Part shown: positions 44,084 through 56,118 of the stretch, in pieces
Layout of the letters: every line of letters begins with the position of its first letter
Position numbering within the stretch: the first letter of the stretch is position 1
From: an uncultured bacterium
GTDB taxonomy: Bacteria; Patescibacteriota; Minisyncoccia; Phycocordibacterales; GCA-2401445
DNA: 64,000 nt
NCBI GenBank assembly: GCA_937952265.1
Contig: CALFYW010000055.1
Span: forward strand, 149,030-213,029
Reading direction: 5' to 3'
Program-made: the position numbers and the translations under genes
Notes under the pieces: generated by a model
The model's database searches: none
Told to the model about the DNA's origin: nothing
What the model saw: the letters and a program-made list of their open reading frames with translations, nothing else

Positions 44084-44112
44084 GGCTCCGCGCTTCGCGC
44101 GGGGCCTTTTTT
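44084..44112 (+). terminator. GC-rich hairpin plus T-tract after the DGR-like target
   Basis: GGCTCCGCGC-TTC-GCGCGGGGCC-TTTTTT. Confidence 0.8.
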
Positions 44113-44116
44113 GAAG

Positions 44117-46171
<2,055 letters not shown>

Positions 46172-46233
46172 TCACTGAAAATATCAGTATTGGTCTCCCC
46201 AGTATACCAAAAATAGGTCTTTAATTCAACCAA

Positions 46234-48180
46234 TTATCGCACCTGCCAACCGCTTATTTCTTCTACTTTCTGGCTTATTTTCCCCATACAATCATTGACT
46301 TCAGCATCAGAAAGTGTCTTCGCGTAATCTTGGAATATAAGGCGAAAAGCATAAGAGACGCGGTCATCCTTTTTGAACGTGTCAAAAATATAGAGCTTCT
46401 GAAGCCGCACCCCGGCATGCTCCATGATGAGTTTGGAAACATGAGAGGAGGTTACTTCTTCTGGTACAAAGATAGCGATATCGCGAACCACAAACGGATA
46501 TACTGAAGGCTTGCGATAGACTACCCCCTCTTTTCCTGCCGGGAGCATACTGAGTAATTGATCGGGCGACTCTTCCAACTGTAGAGGAGCCTCTTTCGGT
46601 GCCTCCGTAAGCGAAAACTTATAGATGAGAATGCCATCCTTCACGGTGCTCTCTTTTTCAATTGGAGGTAATACCATTGAAAATGTATTTTCGATCGCGC
46701 CCCGAACTTGGTGAAGAATACTATCCGTATTGAGTTTATTATTTTTTATTCCCGATATCGCAAGCGCAACCGATGTATGTTCTCCTTCTTTTGGGAATAC
46801 CGTTCCAATCTCGAAAGCGTGTATCGCTTCCACGCCAAGAAGATCCTGATTGTGCACGTTCCGAACCATCGCCTCAAAGAGGGTGTCTTTAAGCGAAGCG
46901 CGTAGAAAGGCTCGGTCCTTTGCGATTGGGTTTAATAATTTCTGCACCCCTTCTGGAGCAAATGAGCTTGTGTAAAGCTCAGAAAATCCTTGTTGGATAA
47001 GAAAAACTTTTAAACGATTCTCATAGGAAAAATGAAAATCGAGTGGCATATCTCCTTTTTCTTTTTTAGGAAGCACTCCTTTCACATGCTCGTATCCATA
47101 GATACGCCCAACTTCATCTATAATATCTTCGGCGATCACAACATCAGCCCGTTCTGGAGGAGGGTTACTCACCACAAAACCATTATCAATGCGCGGTTCC
47201 ATCTCTAATTGAGTTAGAATTCCGAGAATTTCTTCTTCACGAAGCGAAATACCGAGCACCTCTTCAAAGAGAGTAAGTGAAGTTTTTACGCTGACCTGGG
47301 AAGGTTTTGAAGGAAACCAGTCATATCGAGATCCAAAACGCGCGTCAGGAAAAAAGTGGTGTATATATGAGATGAACTGATCAATACCTTTCTCCGCGCG
47401 AAACGGATTAACCTTGTTTTCAAAACGTTTTGCCGCGTCACTTAAAAGATTCAATCGGCGCGCTGTCTTTCTAATAGCCACTGAATCAAAATTTGCAGAT
47501 TCAATAATCACCGCATTTGTCGATGACGTAACTGCCGCACGTGCTCCTCCTTTAATCCCCGCAATGGCGAGTACTCCTTTTTTATCAGCAATCACTACAT
47601 CACTCTCTCCGAGCTCTCTTGGGCTTTCTTCACCAATTAGTAGAACTTCTTCCCCGTGAGAGGCAAAACGAATTACCAACTCACCATCCACCTTATCCGC
47701 GTCAAAGACATGGAGCGGTTGCCCCATATCAAACATGATGTAATTCGCCATATCAACTAAGGGATGAATTGATCGCTCATTGATACTCTGAAGCCTCTGC
47801 AGTATTTCAGTAAGGTCTGCTTTTAAAGGGAGCGCTATTCCTTCGACACGCTGAGCAATATAGCGCGTGGCCGGCACCCCATCCCGAACTGAAACCCGGA
47901 CTTCAGAAACCTCGTGGCTAATTGTTGGGGTTTTTAAAACACGCTCATGATAGGGAGTATTAAAGATTGCGTGAAGTTCATACGCGACGCCTTTATGGCA
48001 CAGCGCGTAGGAAGCACGGTCCGGAAGAATAGAGATATCAAAAATAGTATCTGTTTCTCCTTTTCTCACTTTTTCAATTTCAAAAGATCGGCGATTGAGA
48101 AAATCCGCAACCTCTTCTGCCTTGGGTAAAGGTTCTTTAAAAAATGAAGAAAGCCATTGATATGAATACGATGCCAGCAT
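46234..48180 (-). CDS. pheT: Phenylalanine--tRNA ligase beta subunit (reduced)
   Basis: GQPLHVFD, AGIKGG, IIESANF, RADV..EDIIDEVGRIYGY, C-terminal FDX-ACB; 648 aa. Confidence 0.93.
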   Translation of the reverse strand: MLASYSYQWLSSFFKEPLPKAEEVADFLNRRSFEIEKVRKGETDTIFDISILPDRASYALCHKGVAYELHAIFNTPYHERVLKTPTISHEVSEVRVSVRDGVPATRYIAQRVEGIALPLKADLTEILQRLQSINERSIHPLVDMANYIMFDMGQPLHVFDADKVDGELVIRFASHGEEVLLIGEESPRELGESDVVIADKKGVLAIAGIKGGARAAVTSSTNAVIIESANFDSVAIRKTARRLNLLSDAAKRFENKVNPFRAEKGIDQFISYIHHFFPDARFGSRYDWFPSKPSQVSVKTSLTLFEEVLGISLREEEILGILTQLEMEPRIDNGFVVSNPPPERADVVIAEDIIDEVGRIYGYEHVKGVLPKKEKGDMPLDFHFSYENRLKVFLIQQGFSELYTSSFAPEGVQKLLNPIAKDRAFLRASLKDTLFEAMVRNVHNQDLLGVEAIHAFEIGTVFPKEGEHTSVALAISGIKNNKLNTDSILHQVRGAIENTFSMVLPPIEKESTVKDGILIYKFSLTEAPKEAPLQLEESPDQLLSMLPAGKEGVVYRKPSVYPFVVRDIAIFVPEEVTSSHVSKLIMEHAGVRLQKLYIFDTFKKDDRVSYAFRLIFQDYAKTLSDAEVNDCMGKISQKVEEISGWQVR

Positions 48181-48181
48181 A

Positions 48182-48874
48182 TTAAAATTGAGTTACGAGG
48201 CGGAGGTCTCCATTGTAGAATGCCCGAATATCATCGACGCCATACTTAAGCATGGTAAGCCGGTCGATACCGACTCCAAAGGCAAAACCTCTCCACGTAC
48301 CTGGATCAATACCCGCATTTTTTAATACTTGAGGGTGCACCATGCCCGCGCCAAGCACTTCAATCCATGGGCCACCATCACGCGAGACATCGATTTCTAC
48401 CCCCGGCTCAACGAAAGAAAAATAGCTTGGACGAAGGCGTAACGTAATATCAGTATCAAAAAACACACGCATAAAATACTCCAGAGTTCCGATAAGTTGA
48501 GGGAGTGAGGCGTCCTTACTAACTACCAACCCTTCAACTTGATGGAACTGCGCTTCGTGCGTACGGTCACTTGCCTCTTGTCGAAAAACTTTTCCAGGTG
48601 CAATAATTCGAAATGGCGGTTTATGTTTTTCCATAAAATGCATCTGCACCGAGGAAGTATGCGTGCGAAGTAGTTTTTCAGGCCCAAGCCAAAAAGTATC
48701 TTGAAGATCACGAGCCGGATGGTCCTTCGGAATATTGAGCGCGTCAAAGTTGTAGTACGGGGTTTCAAGCTCCGGACCGCGGGCAACACCAAATCCATGT
48801 TCATGGAAAATACGATACACATCAAAAATAACCTGGGTAATTGGATGAAGGTGCCCTTGTTCTTTACTCGCCAT
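48182..48874 (-). CDS. pheS: Phenylalanine--tRNA ligase alpha subunit (catalytic core only)
   Basis: GHLHP, NFDALNIPKDHPARDLQDTF, LLRTHTS, FHQVEG, GAGMVHP, GFAFGVGIDRL. Confidence 0.95.
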   Translation of the reverse strand: MASKEQGHLHPITQVIFDVYRIFHEHGFGVARGPELETPYYNFDALNIPKDHPARDLQDTFWLGPEKLLRTHTSSVQMHFMEKHKPPFRIIAPGKVFRQEASDRTHEAQFHQVEGLVVSKDASLPQLIGTLEYFMRVFFDTDITLRLRPSYFSFVEPGVEIDVSRDGGPWIEVLGAGMVHPQVLKNAGIDPGTWRGFAFGVGIDRLTMLKYGVDDIRAFYNGDLRLVTQF

Positions 48875-48918
48875 GTAGGGGATTATATCAAAAAGTCTTG
48901 TCTCACCGAAATCTCTAG

Positions 48919-48991
48919 AGCCACCTGTCAGGCTTGAACTGACGACCTACGGTTTACAAAACCGTTGCTCTACCAACTGAGCTAAGGTGGC
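48919..48991 (-). tRNA. tRNA-Thr(UGU)
   Basis: GCCACCT/AGGTGGC acceptor stem, D arm AGCTCAGTTGGTAGAGC, anticodon arm ACGGT-TTTGTAA-ACCGT, T loop GTTCAAG; CCA not encoded. Confidence 0.96.
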
Positions 48992-49022
48992 ACGTAATCT
49001 GAAATCTTGCTCCAAATACACC

Positions 49023-49415
49023 CTACTCTTTTCTGTCTCCTAAATCACGCAAGGTCTGTTTGTATTCAGACACATTTTGAAGGAAAAAAGAAGCAGAACC
49101 TTTTTTCTTAAGACTTCCTTTCCCTCGAATAAGATCGAGAACACGTACCAATTTCTTCTCAAGAAAGATACGTACCTGTTGAATAATGTGCCAAAAGAGG
49201 TTAACTGACTGCGTTAATATCATTGAGAGGGAACGCTCAAAAAAATAGTATCCACTCCGTATAAGACGCATGCTACCTCGCTTAATAAAGCGGTCGAGTT
49301 GTTCCCTTTTCTCTCCAAGAAACTTTACCCCCTTTCGGTTTTCCCACCAACGGAAAAAAGACAAAGAGATGATTCCCAAAAATGAAATCACAAAAAAAGA
49401 AAAAGCAATTCCCAT
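49023..49415 (-). CDS. Hypothetical membrane-anchored protein
   Basis: 130 aa with an N-terminal TM, in line with tsf. Confidence 0.7.
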   Translation of the reverse strand: MGIAFSFFVISFLGIISLSFFRWWENRKGVKFLGEKREQLDRFIKRGSMRLIRSGYYFFERSLSMILTQSVNLFWHIIQQVRIFLEKKLVRVLDLIRGKGSLKKKGSASFFLQNVSEYKQTLRDLGDRKE

Positions 49416-49436
49416 ATATTTTTAATTATGACAGAA

Positions 49437-49997
49437 CTACTGTCCAATTGAAAGGCGCACGAAACGGCTTACTTTAATGCGTTCTCCGAATTTTTGGATT
49501 GCGCGCTCAATAAGGTCCGCGACGCGTAAATCTGGATGCTTGATGGTCGATTGTTCGAGCAGAATATGCTGTTTTAAGATCGATTCAACTTTCTCTTCAA
49601 GAGCTTCTCCTTTCTCTGATAGTGATTCCCGAATCTTTAAAACTTCTTCCTCAGGAACCTCAGATCGATCGATAAATTTAGGGTTCATCGCCGCAACCTG
49701 CATTGCAATCTCATGCGCGAGTTCTTTAAAATCCTCATTACGCGCCACGAAATCAGTTTCTGAAGAGAGTTCTACGAGCGCACCAAGCGCTCCATTCTGA
49801 TGCACATAAGATTCGATAATTCCTGCTCCCAAATCTCGATCTGCTTTCTTCGCGGCAAGCTCGCTCCCACGACTTAAAAGCACCGCGAGTGCCTTCTCTA
49901 TATCTCCACCAGTCTCCTCGAGTGCCTTTTTGCACTGCATCACCGATACTCCAGTCTGATCACGCAATTTTTTTATATCTTCAATACGCGGTTCCAT
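49437..49997 (-). CDS. tsf: Elongation factor Ts (short form)
   Basis: IKKLRDQTGVSVMQCKKAL, ETDFVARN, FGERIKVSRF. Confidence 0.95.
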   Translation of the reverse strand: MEPRIEDIKKLRDQTGVSVMQCKKALEETGGDIEKALAVLLSRGSELAAKKADRDLGAGIIESYVHQNGALGALVELSSETDFVARNEDFKELAHEIAMQVAAMNPKFIDRSEVPEEEVLKIRESLSEKGEALEEKVESILKQHILLEQSTIKHPDLRVADLIERAIQKFGERIKVSRFVRLSIGQ

Positions 49998-50011
49998 AAC
50001 CCTACACACGC

Positions 50012-50719
50012 TTATGCTGGCGTCTTTTCACCATGCTGATAAGCATTAACCAAATAACCAAGTACCAATGCGATACTCTGTCGAGATGCATCATTACCAA
50101 TAACCGGATACGTAATGGTGGAGAGATTGCAGTCAGAGTTTGCAAGGGCGACAATAGGAATTTTCTTTTGTAGCGCTTCACGAACGGCTATAGACTCGTA
50201 ATCTGGATCAACCACAACGAGTGCCGCTGGCATATCCTTCATTAAAAGCAAGCCGGAAAAATGCTCTCCCAGCTCTTCAATTTCCCGATCAAGTAAAAGC
50301 TGTTCTCGTTTCGTATATTTTCGAGCAAGTTCTCCATTAGCTTTTTGTTCGCGCAACATGGTGAGTCGTTCCACCCGTTTTTTAATTTCAGAAAAATTAG
50401 TAAGCGTTCCTCCAAGCCATCGCGTTGCTACAAAAGGCATACCGAGCTTCTCTGCGCTCGCGCTAATTGCGTGCCGTGCTTCGTGTTTTCCCCCAACAAA
50501 AAGAACCTGCTTTTTCTTCTGTCCTAAAGAAAAAAGAAATTCGGATGCTTTTTGAAGATGCTTTTGGGTTGCCTCTAGATTTATGATTTCAGTTCTATTT
50601 TTGACTCCAAAAATGAAAGGCGTCGTACTTGGGTGCCGTCGTGATTTCAAATTGCCAAAATGAACCCCCGCCTCAAAAAGGGATTTCAACTCATTTTCTA
50701 CTGTCTCTTGTTTTTCCAT
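50012..50719 (-). CDS. rpsB: 30S ribosomal protein S2
   Basis: LFEAGVHFG, RWLGGTLTNF, GNDAS. Confidence 0.97.
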   Translation of the reverse strand: MEKQETVENELKSLFEAGVHFGNLKSRRHPSTTPFIFGVKNRTEIINLEATQKHLQKASEFLFSLGQKKKQVLFVGGKHEARHAISASAEKLGMPFVATRWLGGTLTNFSEIKKRVERLTMLREQKANGELARKYTKREQLLLDREIEELGEHFSGLLLMKDMPAALVVVDPDYESIAVREALQKKIPIVALANSDCNLSTITYPVIGNDASRQSIALVLGYLVNAYQHGEKTPA

Positions 50720-50742
50720 GTGATAGAGAGTTTAACACACTA

Positions 50743-51714
50743 TTACGGTGTACGCAATTCATCGCCAGCGTCTTTATAGCTAAGGATCGCTTCAATGACA
50801 GGGTCTAATTTACCCCCCAAAATAGCCTCGATATTATGCCATGTCTTTTTTATTCGATGGTCAGTTACGCGGTCTTGAAGCACATTATAGGTTCTGATCT
50901 TCTCTGATCGGCTTCCAGTTCCAATCTGATCTCGACGCTCTTTCGCAAGAGAGGCTTGTTCTTTCTCTTGTATTTCCCGTGTAAGTTTTGCGGAGAGAAT
51001 TTGCAGTGCTTTCTCCCGATTTTTCTGCTGACTGCGCTCAGACGTACAACGAACATCAATACCTGAAGGCTTATGAATAATGCGAACCGCGGTTTCTACC
51101 TTATTCACATTTTGACCTCCCGCACCTCCAGATCGAGAAAACTCAATCTCTAAATCTTGTGGGTTAATGGTTATTTCGCTCTTTTCATGCAAAGGCAAAA
51201 TAGCGACTGATGCGGTAGAGGTATGCACACGACCTGATTTTTCAGTAGCGGGAACACGCTGAATTCGATGCACTCCGGTTTCGTATTGGAGACGAGCATA
51301 GACCTCCGCACCTGTAATTTCAAGCACAACTTCTTTGGCTCCTCCTAACGCGCTTAACGATTCGTTCACAAGACTTACTCCCCAACCCATTGATTCAGCA
51401 TACCGCTCATACATTTCCCGAAGTGTGTGCGCAAAGAAAGCGGCCTCCTCACCTCCTGCTCCGGCACGTATCTCCATGATAATCTTCTTTACTCCCGTAC
51501 CGGTAACATCTGCTTCTCCTTTTAGAATCTTGTCCATCTGCTCAATAAGCAAGTTCTTATCCCGCTCAACAATCTGGATCTCCTCTTGAGCAAGCTCATT
51601 AAAGCCTGATTCTTTTGACAAGAGTTTCAGTTCTTCTTCTTTTTTCATTAACGCTTCAAGTTGTGTCGCGAGAAAACTTGTTCGTTTATCTTTCTTATAT
51701 GCACTAATGTCCAT
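50743..51714 (-). CDS. prfA: Peptide chain release factor 1
   Basis: [21 protein letters not shown] (PxT), [12 protein letters not shown]. Confidence 0.95.
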   Translation of the reverse strand: MDISAYKKDKRTSFLATQLEALMKKEEELKLLSKESGFNELAQEEIQIVERDKNLLIEQMDKILKGEADVTGTGVKKIIMEIRAGAGGEEAAFFAHTLREMYERYAESMGWGVSLVNESLSALGGAKEVVLEITGAEVYARLQYETGVHRIQRVPATEKSGRVHTSTASVAILPLHEKSEITINPQDLEIEFSRSGGAGGQNVNKVETAVRIIHKPSGIDVRCTSERSQQKNREKALQILSAKLTREIQEKEQASLAKERRDQIGTGSRSEKIRTYNVLQDRVTDHRIKKTWHNIEAILGGKLDPVIEAILSYKDAGDELRTP

Positions 51715-51750
51715 AAAAACTCTCCCAGATCACTGGAAGTCATAAGGAGT

Positions 51751-52038
51751 TTATTCAGAAACTTTGGATGATTTTTTCTTTGGAGTACGTACCGCTTGCT
51801 TCGCGCGCATTTTGAATTTTTCAACACGACCCGCACGATCAAGCACTTTATCGGTCCCTGTGTAAAAAGGGTGGGAAGCAGCAGAAACCTCAACCCGATA
51901 CAATGGATATTCTTCTCCATCAGTCCAGGTGCCTTTTTCCTCGGTCTCAATAGTTGAATGCAGTAAAAAACGCTCATCACTTGCATTATCAACAAATATC
52001 ACGGGGCGATAATTTTTTGGATGGATCTCCTTTTTCAT
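51751..52038 (-). CDS. rpmE: 50S ribosomal protein L31 type B (Zn-independent)
   Basis: MKKEIHP..YRPVIF.D, SAASHPFYTG, GRVEKF. Confidence 0.95.
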   Translation of the reverse strand: MKKEIHPKNYRPVIFVDNASDERFLLHSTIETEEKGTWTDGEEYPLYRVEVSAASHPFYTGTDKVLDRAGRVEKFKMRAKQAVRTPKKKSSKVSE

Positions 52039-52084
52039 AAAAAAATAGTATACCAGCGTAACCCCCTGTTTGCAACCTTACGCG

Positions 52085-53434
52085 CTAAAAGAGTTCAAGC
52101 GGATCAATCATCTCCTCTTGTATACGTTGGGCAATTTTCATCACCCCTTCCCCATAGAAAGAATTACGCGGTGTCCGGTTATCACAGCTTCTCCCTGAAT
52201 AATACCTACACGCGGCATCTTTCTCCGCACTGTATGTTTTCGCATCTGCGCCAAGATCACTTAAATAAATGGCTGATGCGGTAATCGCATCAATTGGCTC
52301 CCAAGGGCTTGGTGGGTGGTGAGATGTTGCATTTGCAATTCTGTCTTGAAAAATCTCCCACGTAGAAGGAATGAACTGTGCGGGCCCCATAGCACCTCCC
52401 CACCCATTTCCCCATGGACACGAGAGCGGCATGGTATTCGGATCAAGCCCCAACCCTTTCGTAATACGTAAATAAGGTTCATGGTCTCGTGTTGGCTTCA
52501 TGATTTCTTTCCAGCTTTTAGACGGAGGGTCTCCCGGGCGATTACAGGTGCCAACATTCTCACCCAAATTTGATTCTTGTGTTAAAATCGCTAAGACAAA
52601 AGCTGGTCGCACTCCTGTTCTCTCTGAGGCTAATCGAGCAAATTCAAGCGCTTCTCCAAAAGGAATAGCTGCGGAATCGCGGAGCGCGAAAAGCGCGCTT
52701 CTAATTTCTGCGGCGCGAGCCTCGCGAGCCTCAAGTACTGATTTATACGTAGCCTCCTCTTTCTTATTCAACGAAAGAAGAGACTGTTTTTGTTTCTCGC
52801 TTGTCTCGATTTGTCGTTTCTTTGATTCAATTTCAACACGAGCATCAATTTCAGCACGTTGAGTAACCGCCAGTGATTCACGCTCTTGTTCGGTAAGTGA
52901 TCGGGTTGAAACAAGTTCTTCAAATAAATTTGAAAGAGAAGATTTAAGCGTTGCGAATGAATCAACGTCAACCAAAAAAGCAGAGAGGTTCTTGTTACTT
53001 AGGATGATTTCTGGAAGGGTAAATGATCCTAATTCATTCGTCTCTCTAATCAGGTGGGAGAGCGTTTCCTGGCCACGAAGCATTTTATCTTCAAGCTGAG
53101 TGATGGTCTCATTTTTAACCCCAATATCCTCTCCTAATTGATTGATTCTGATGTTTTTTGCTCGGATACTCAAACGAGCCTCACTAATTTGAGCATTTAA
53201 AATAGCGATGTCTCGTTCAATGGAAGCGGTTTCCCTCTGTTTGTTGTGCAGAATACCTAACTGCACTTCAATTTCTCTCTCAAGTGCTGCTAATTCATTC
53301 CTCAACTCTTGCTCTCGTTGAGATACTGCGTCGGACGCAGACTGTCCAAATACTTTAGTGTTAGAAAAAAAGGGGAAAAAGAGTAACCCTAAGAAACACA
53401 CAACAAAAAAAAGATTCGTTATTTTTCTTCCCAT
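52085..53434 (-). CDS. Secreted coiled-coil protein with C-terminal lytic transglycosylase domain
   Basis: Signal/TM, long coiled coil, AILTQES, GAMGPAQFIPSTW. Confidence 0.85.
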   Translation of the reverse strand: MGRKITNLFFVVCFLGLLFFPFFSNTKVFGQSASDAVSQREQELRNELAALEREIEVQLGILHNKQRETASIERDIAILNAQISEARLSIRAKNIRINQLGEDIGVKNETITQLEDKMLRGQETLSHLIRETNELGSFTLPEIILSNKNLSAFLVDVDSFATLKSSLSNLFEELVSTRSLTEQERESLAVTQRAEIDARVEIESKKRQIETSEKQKQSLLSLNKKEEATYKSVLEAREARAAEIRSALFALRDSAAIPFGEALEFARLASERTGVRPAFVLAILTQESNLGENVGTCNRPGDPPSKSWKEIMKPTRDHEPYLRITKGLGLDPNTMPLSCPWGNGWGGAMGPAQFIPSTWEIFQDRIANATSHHPPSPWEPIDAITASAIYLSDLGADAKTYSAEKDAACRYYSGRSCDNRTPRNSFYGEGVMKIAQRIQEEMIDPLELF

Positions 53435-53472
53435 ATGGTAACGATTTTTTAGAACACCTTGTTCAAACCAAA

Positions 53473-54123
53473 CTATTTTGAATCCCCTTCGCTTTGAGCT
53501 TCTGGCGCAGATTCTTCCTTACCACGTTTCTCTACTTCAATTGAGGAAATATCTACCGGCTCAGCCTCTTCTTTCTCTTCTCGATATTCAGTTACTAATG
53601 CAACCACTTCTTCAGGGTCTTGAAGCGCGACAACGCCCGAAGGAAGCTTAATGTCTTTGATCAAGATACGACTTTCAAAGTTAATCAGTGTATCCACCGG
53701 AACGCTGATTTCATGAGGAAGTGCCATAGGATCAGCTTCTACTTCAAGTTCATGAATTACTTTTACTAACGTCCCCCCTAAATCTTTAACTGCTGGTGCG
53801 GTACCAGTAAACACCAACGGGGTCTCGATCCTTACTTTCTTTCCCTTCTCAATAACGTAAAAATCGACATGGCGCATTTCTTCAGTAACAGGGTCTCGAT
53901 CAATATCATGGATCAAAACTGGAATTTTCCGTTCTCCCGTATCAAGCGTAATCACCAAAGATTCACCCGCCTCTTTCCAAATTTTTAAAAAATCAGCAGA
54001 AGAAACCCCGATCGCTGTTGATGGTTCCACTCTGCCATAAAAAACCGCGGGCAACTGCCCTGATCCACGGAATGCCTTTAATTTACCCCTTACTTCTCGA
54101 GGCTGAACGGCTAACGTATACAT
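53473..54123 (-). CDS. rplY: 50S ribosomal protein L25/Ctc
   Basis: LPAVFYG, HVDFY, C-terminal TL5 domain. Confidence 0.94.
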   Translation of the reverse strand: MYTLAVQPREVRGKLKAFRGSGQLPAVFYGRVEPSTAIGVSSADFLKIWKEAGESLVITLDTGERKIPVLIHDIDRDPVTEEMRHVDFYVIEKGKKVRIETPLVFTGTAPAVKDLGGTLVKVIHELEVEADPMALPHEISVPVDTLINFESRILIKDIKLPSGVVALQDPEEVVALVTEYREEKEEAEPVDISSIEVEKRGKEESAPEAQSEGDSK

Positions 54124-54159
54124 GCCCTGAGTATACTAAAGATAGGTAAAAAATCAAGA

Positions 54160-55029
54160 TTAGGAAGATTGATTGAAAAGAGAAAGTCTCTCCTTTACTG
54201 CTTTTTGAACCGCTAATAAGGGGTTTTTTAAAATTCTATATGGAGCAATCTCGTCTGGATCATCTTGAAGAGATTTTTTGAGCGCGTCTCGATACGCAAC
54301 CCTGATTTCAGTATTAATGTGAACGATACTAATACCTGATTTAATTGCTTTCACAAAGTCATCGTCGGAAATCCCTGAACCGCCATGCAAAACGAGAGGA
54401 ACGCCGGCACTCTGGCGAATTTCTTGAATACGGGTTGTGTGTATCGCGGGGTTTTTTCCATGGGTAAGCATGCCATGTAGATTTCCTACTGCGGGAGCCA
54501 GAAGGTCAATTCCTGTCTTTTTTACAAAATCTTGGGCAACTTCTGGTTTCGTAAGTACCGAGTCCTCAAACTCGACTCCTTCGGGAATCTCTGAAAGCAA
54601 TTTTGAAGAATGACCGATATTCCCCAATTCAGCTTCAATCAAGATATCGGGGTTTACCTCTCGCGCGTAGGCGACCACTTTTTTTGTGATCTCTATATTT
54701 TCTTCAACCGAGATTTTGGTTCCATCAAAGATTACCGCGTCATATCCAGCATCAATTGCTTCTTTTGCCCGATCAAATGAATACGTATGGTCCGCATTAA
54801 GGAAAATCGGAAAATCAAACTCTTCTCGTAAGCTTTTTACAAGTGCTACTGCTTGACGCACTCCCACAAAATCTCGTTCTCCTTCTGAAGTACCAATAAT
54901 GACCGGAACTTTAAGTTCTTGTGCCGCGCGAAAGATCCCCCATAATGCCTCGAGGTTTGAGATATTAAAATGACCAACCGCTACCTTATTTGATTCCGCG
55001 TCTTTAATAATTTCTCGAAGTGTTTTCAT
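54160..55029 (-). CDS. fba: Class II fructose-bisphosphate aldolase
   Basis: GHFN, ADH, EAELG, AVGNLHG, LVLHGGSG, HINTE. Confidence 0.92.
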   Translation of the reverse strand: MKTLREIIKDAESNKVAVGHFNISNLEALWGIFRAAQELKVPVIIGTSEGERDFVGVRQAVALVKSLREEFDFPIFLNADHTYSFDRAKEAIDAGYDAVIFDGTKISVEENIEITKKVVAYAREVNPDILIEAELGNIGHSSKLLSEIPEGVEFEDSVLTKPEVAQDFVKKTGIDLLAPAVGNLHGMLTHGKNPAIHTTRIQEIRQSAGVPLVLHGGSGISDDDFVKAIKSGISIVHINTEIRVAYRDALKKSLQDDPDEIAPYRILKNPLLAVQKAVKERLSLFNQSS

Positions 55030-55114
55030 ACTGACATTGTAGCATAAAAACTAATTCGTGGAGCGAATATGTTATACTGGGTGCATTATCCTATTAACTA
55101 ACGACTCAAAAAAA

Positions 55115-56116
55115 ATGGAGCAAAAAGAAATTGACTTCCTTGCATTAGGAGACATTGTTACTGACGCGTTCATTCGTATTAAAGATGCAAAAGTCCATTG
55201 TGATGTAAATCGATCTAACTGCGAGCTTTGCGTACGCTTTGGAGACAAAATCCCTTATGAAGCCGTATACGAAGTGCGCGCGGTAGGTAATAGTCCGAAC
55301 GCAGCAGTATCCGCACACCGCCTTGGACTCAATGCGTCCCTTATCACTGATATTGGGAATGACCGCCATGGTGAAGAAATCATGGAACAACTCACCACCG
55401 AGGGAATTGATCTTACCTATGTCCGAAAACACGAGGACATGGAATCAAATTACCATTATGTACTCTGGTATGAAGAAGAGCGCACGATCTTGGTAAAACA
55501 CCAAACATACCCTTACCAATTTCCTTCCTTGGATAGAGAGGTTAAATGGCTCTATCTCAGCTCGCTTGCTGAAAACTCCCTGCCTTATCATGAAAAAATT
55601 GCTGATTTCCTTGAGGCTTCCCCTCATACCAAACTCGCATTTCAGCCGGGCACTTTCCAAATGAAGCTCGGCAAAGATAAACTGAAACGCTTATACCAGG
55701 CGTCCGAGATTTTCTTCTGTAACCGAGAGGAAGCAAAACGTATTCTTAAAACTGAAACTAACGAGATTAAAGATCTTTTAACTCAGATGCGTGACTTGGG
55801 CCCAAAAATAGTAGTGATTACTGATGGCCCTAAAGGTGCATATGTATTTGATGGAGAGACCATGCTCCATGGACCAATGTATCCTGACCCAAAACCACCG
55901 GTAGATCGAACTGGTGCGGGAGATTCATTTTCCTCCACCTTTACCGCAGCGCTCGCACTTGGAGAGACGCTTGAAACCGCGCTTCTATGGGGGCCGATTA
56001 ATTCAATGTCAGTCGTTCAAGAGGTTGGGGCACAAAAAGGACTCCTCTCACGAGAGAAACTTGAAAATTACCTTAAAGAAGCACCAAAAGACTACACTCC
56101 TAAAAATATTGGGTAA
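55115..56116 (+). CDS. PfkB-family carbohydrate kinase
   Basis: NAAVSAHRLG, NREEA, ITDGPKG, VDRTGAGDSF. Confidence 0.92.
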   Translation: MEQKEIDFLALGDIVTDAFIRIKDAKVHCDVNRSNCELCVRFGDKIPYEAVYEVRAVGNSPNAAVSAHRLGLNASLITDIGNDRHGEEIMEQLTTEGIDLTYVRKHEDMESNYHYVLWYEEERTILVKHQTYPYQFPSLDREVKWLYLSSLAENSLPYHEKIADFLEASPHTKLAFQPGTFQMKLGKDKLKRLYQASEIFFCNREEAKRILKTETNEIKDLLTQMRDLGPKIVVITDGPKGAYVFDGETMLHGPMYPDPKPPVDRTGAGDSFSSTFTAALALGETLETALLWGPINSMSVVQEVGAQKGLLSREKLENYLKEAPKDYTPKNIG

Positions 56117-56118
56117 TA

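Noticed and set aside
48919-48991. tRNA-Thr as an integration site
   Set aside because: No duplicated 3' end or integrase seen; it is flanked by core genes.
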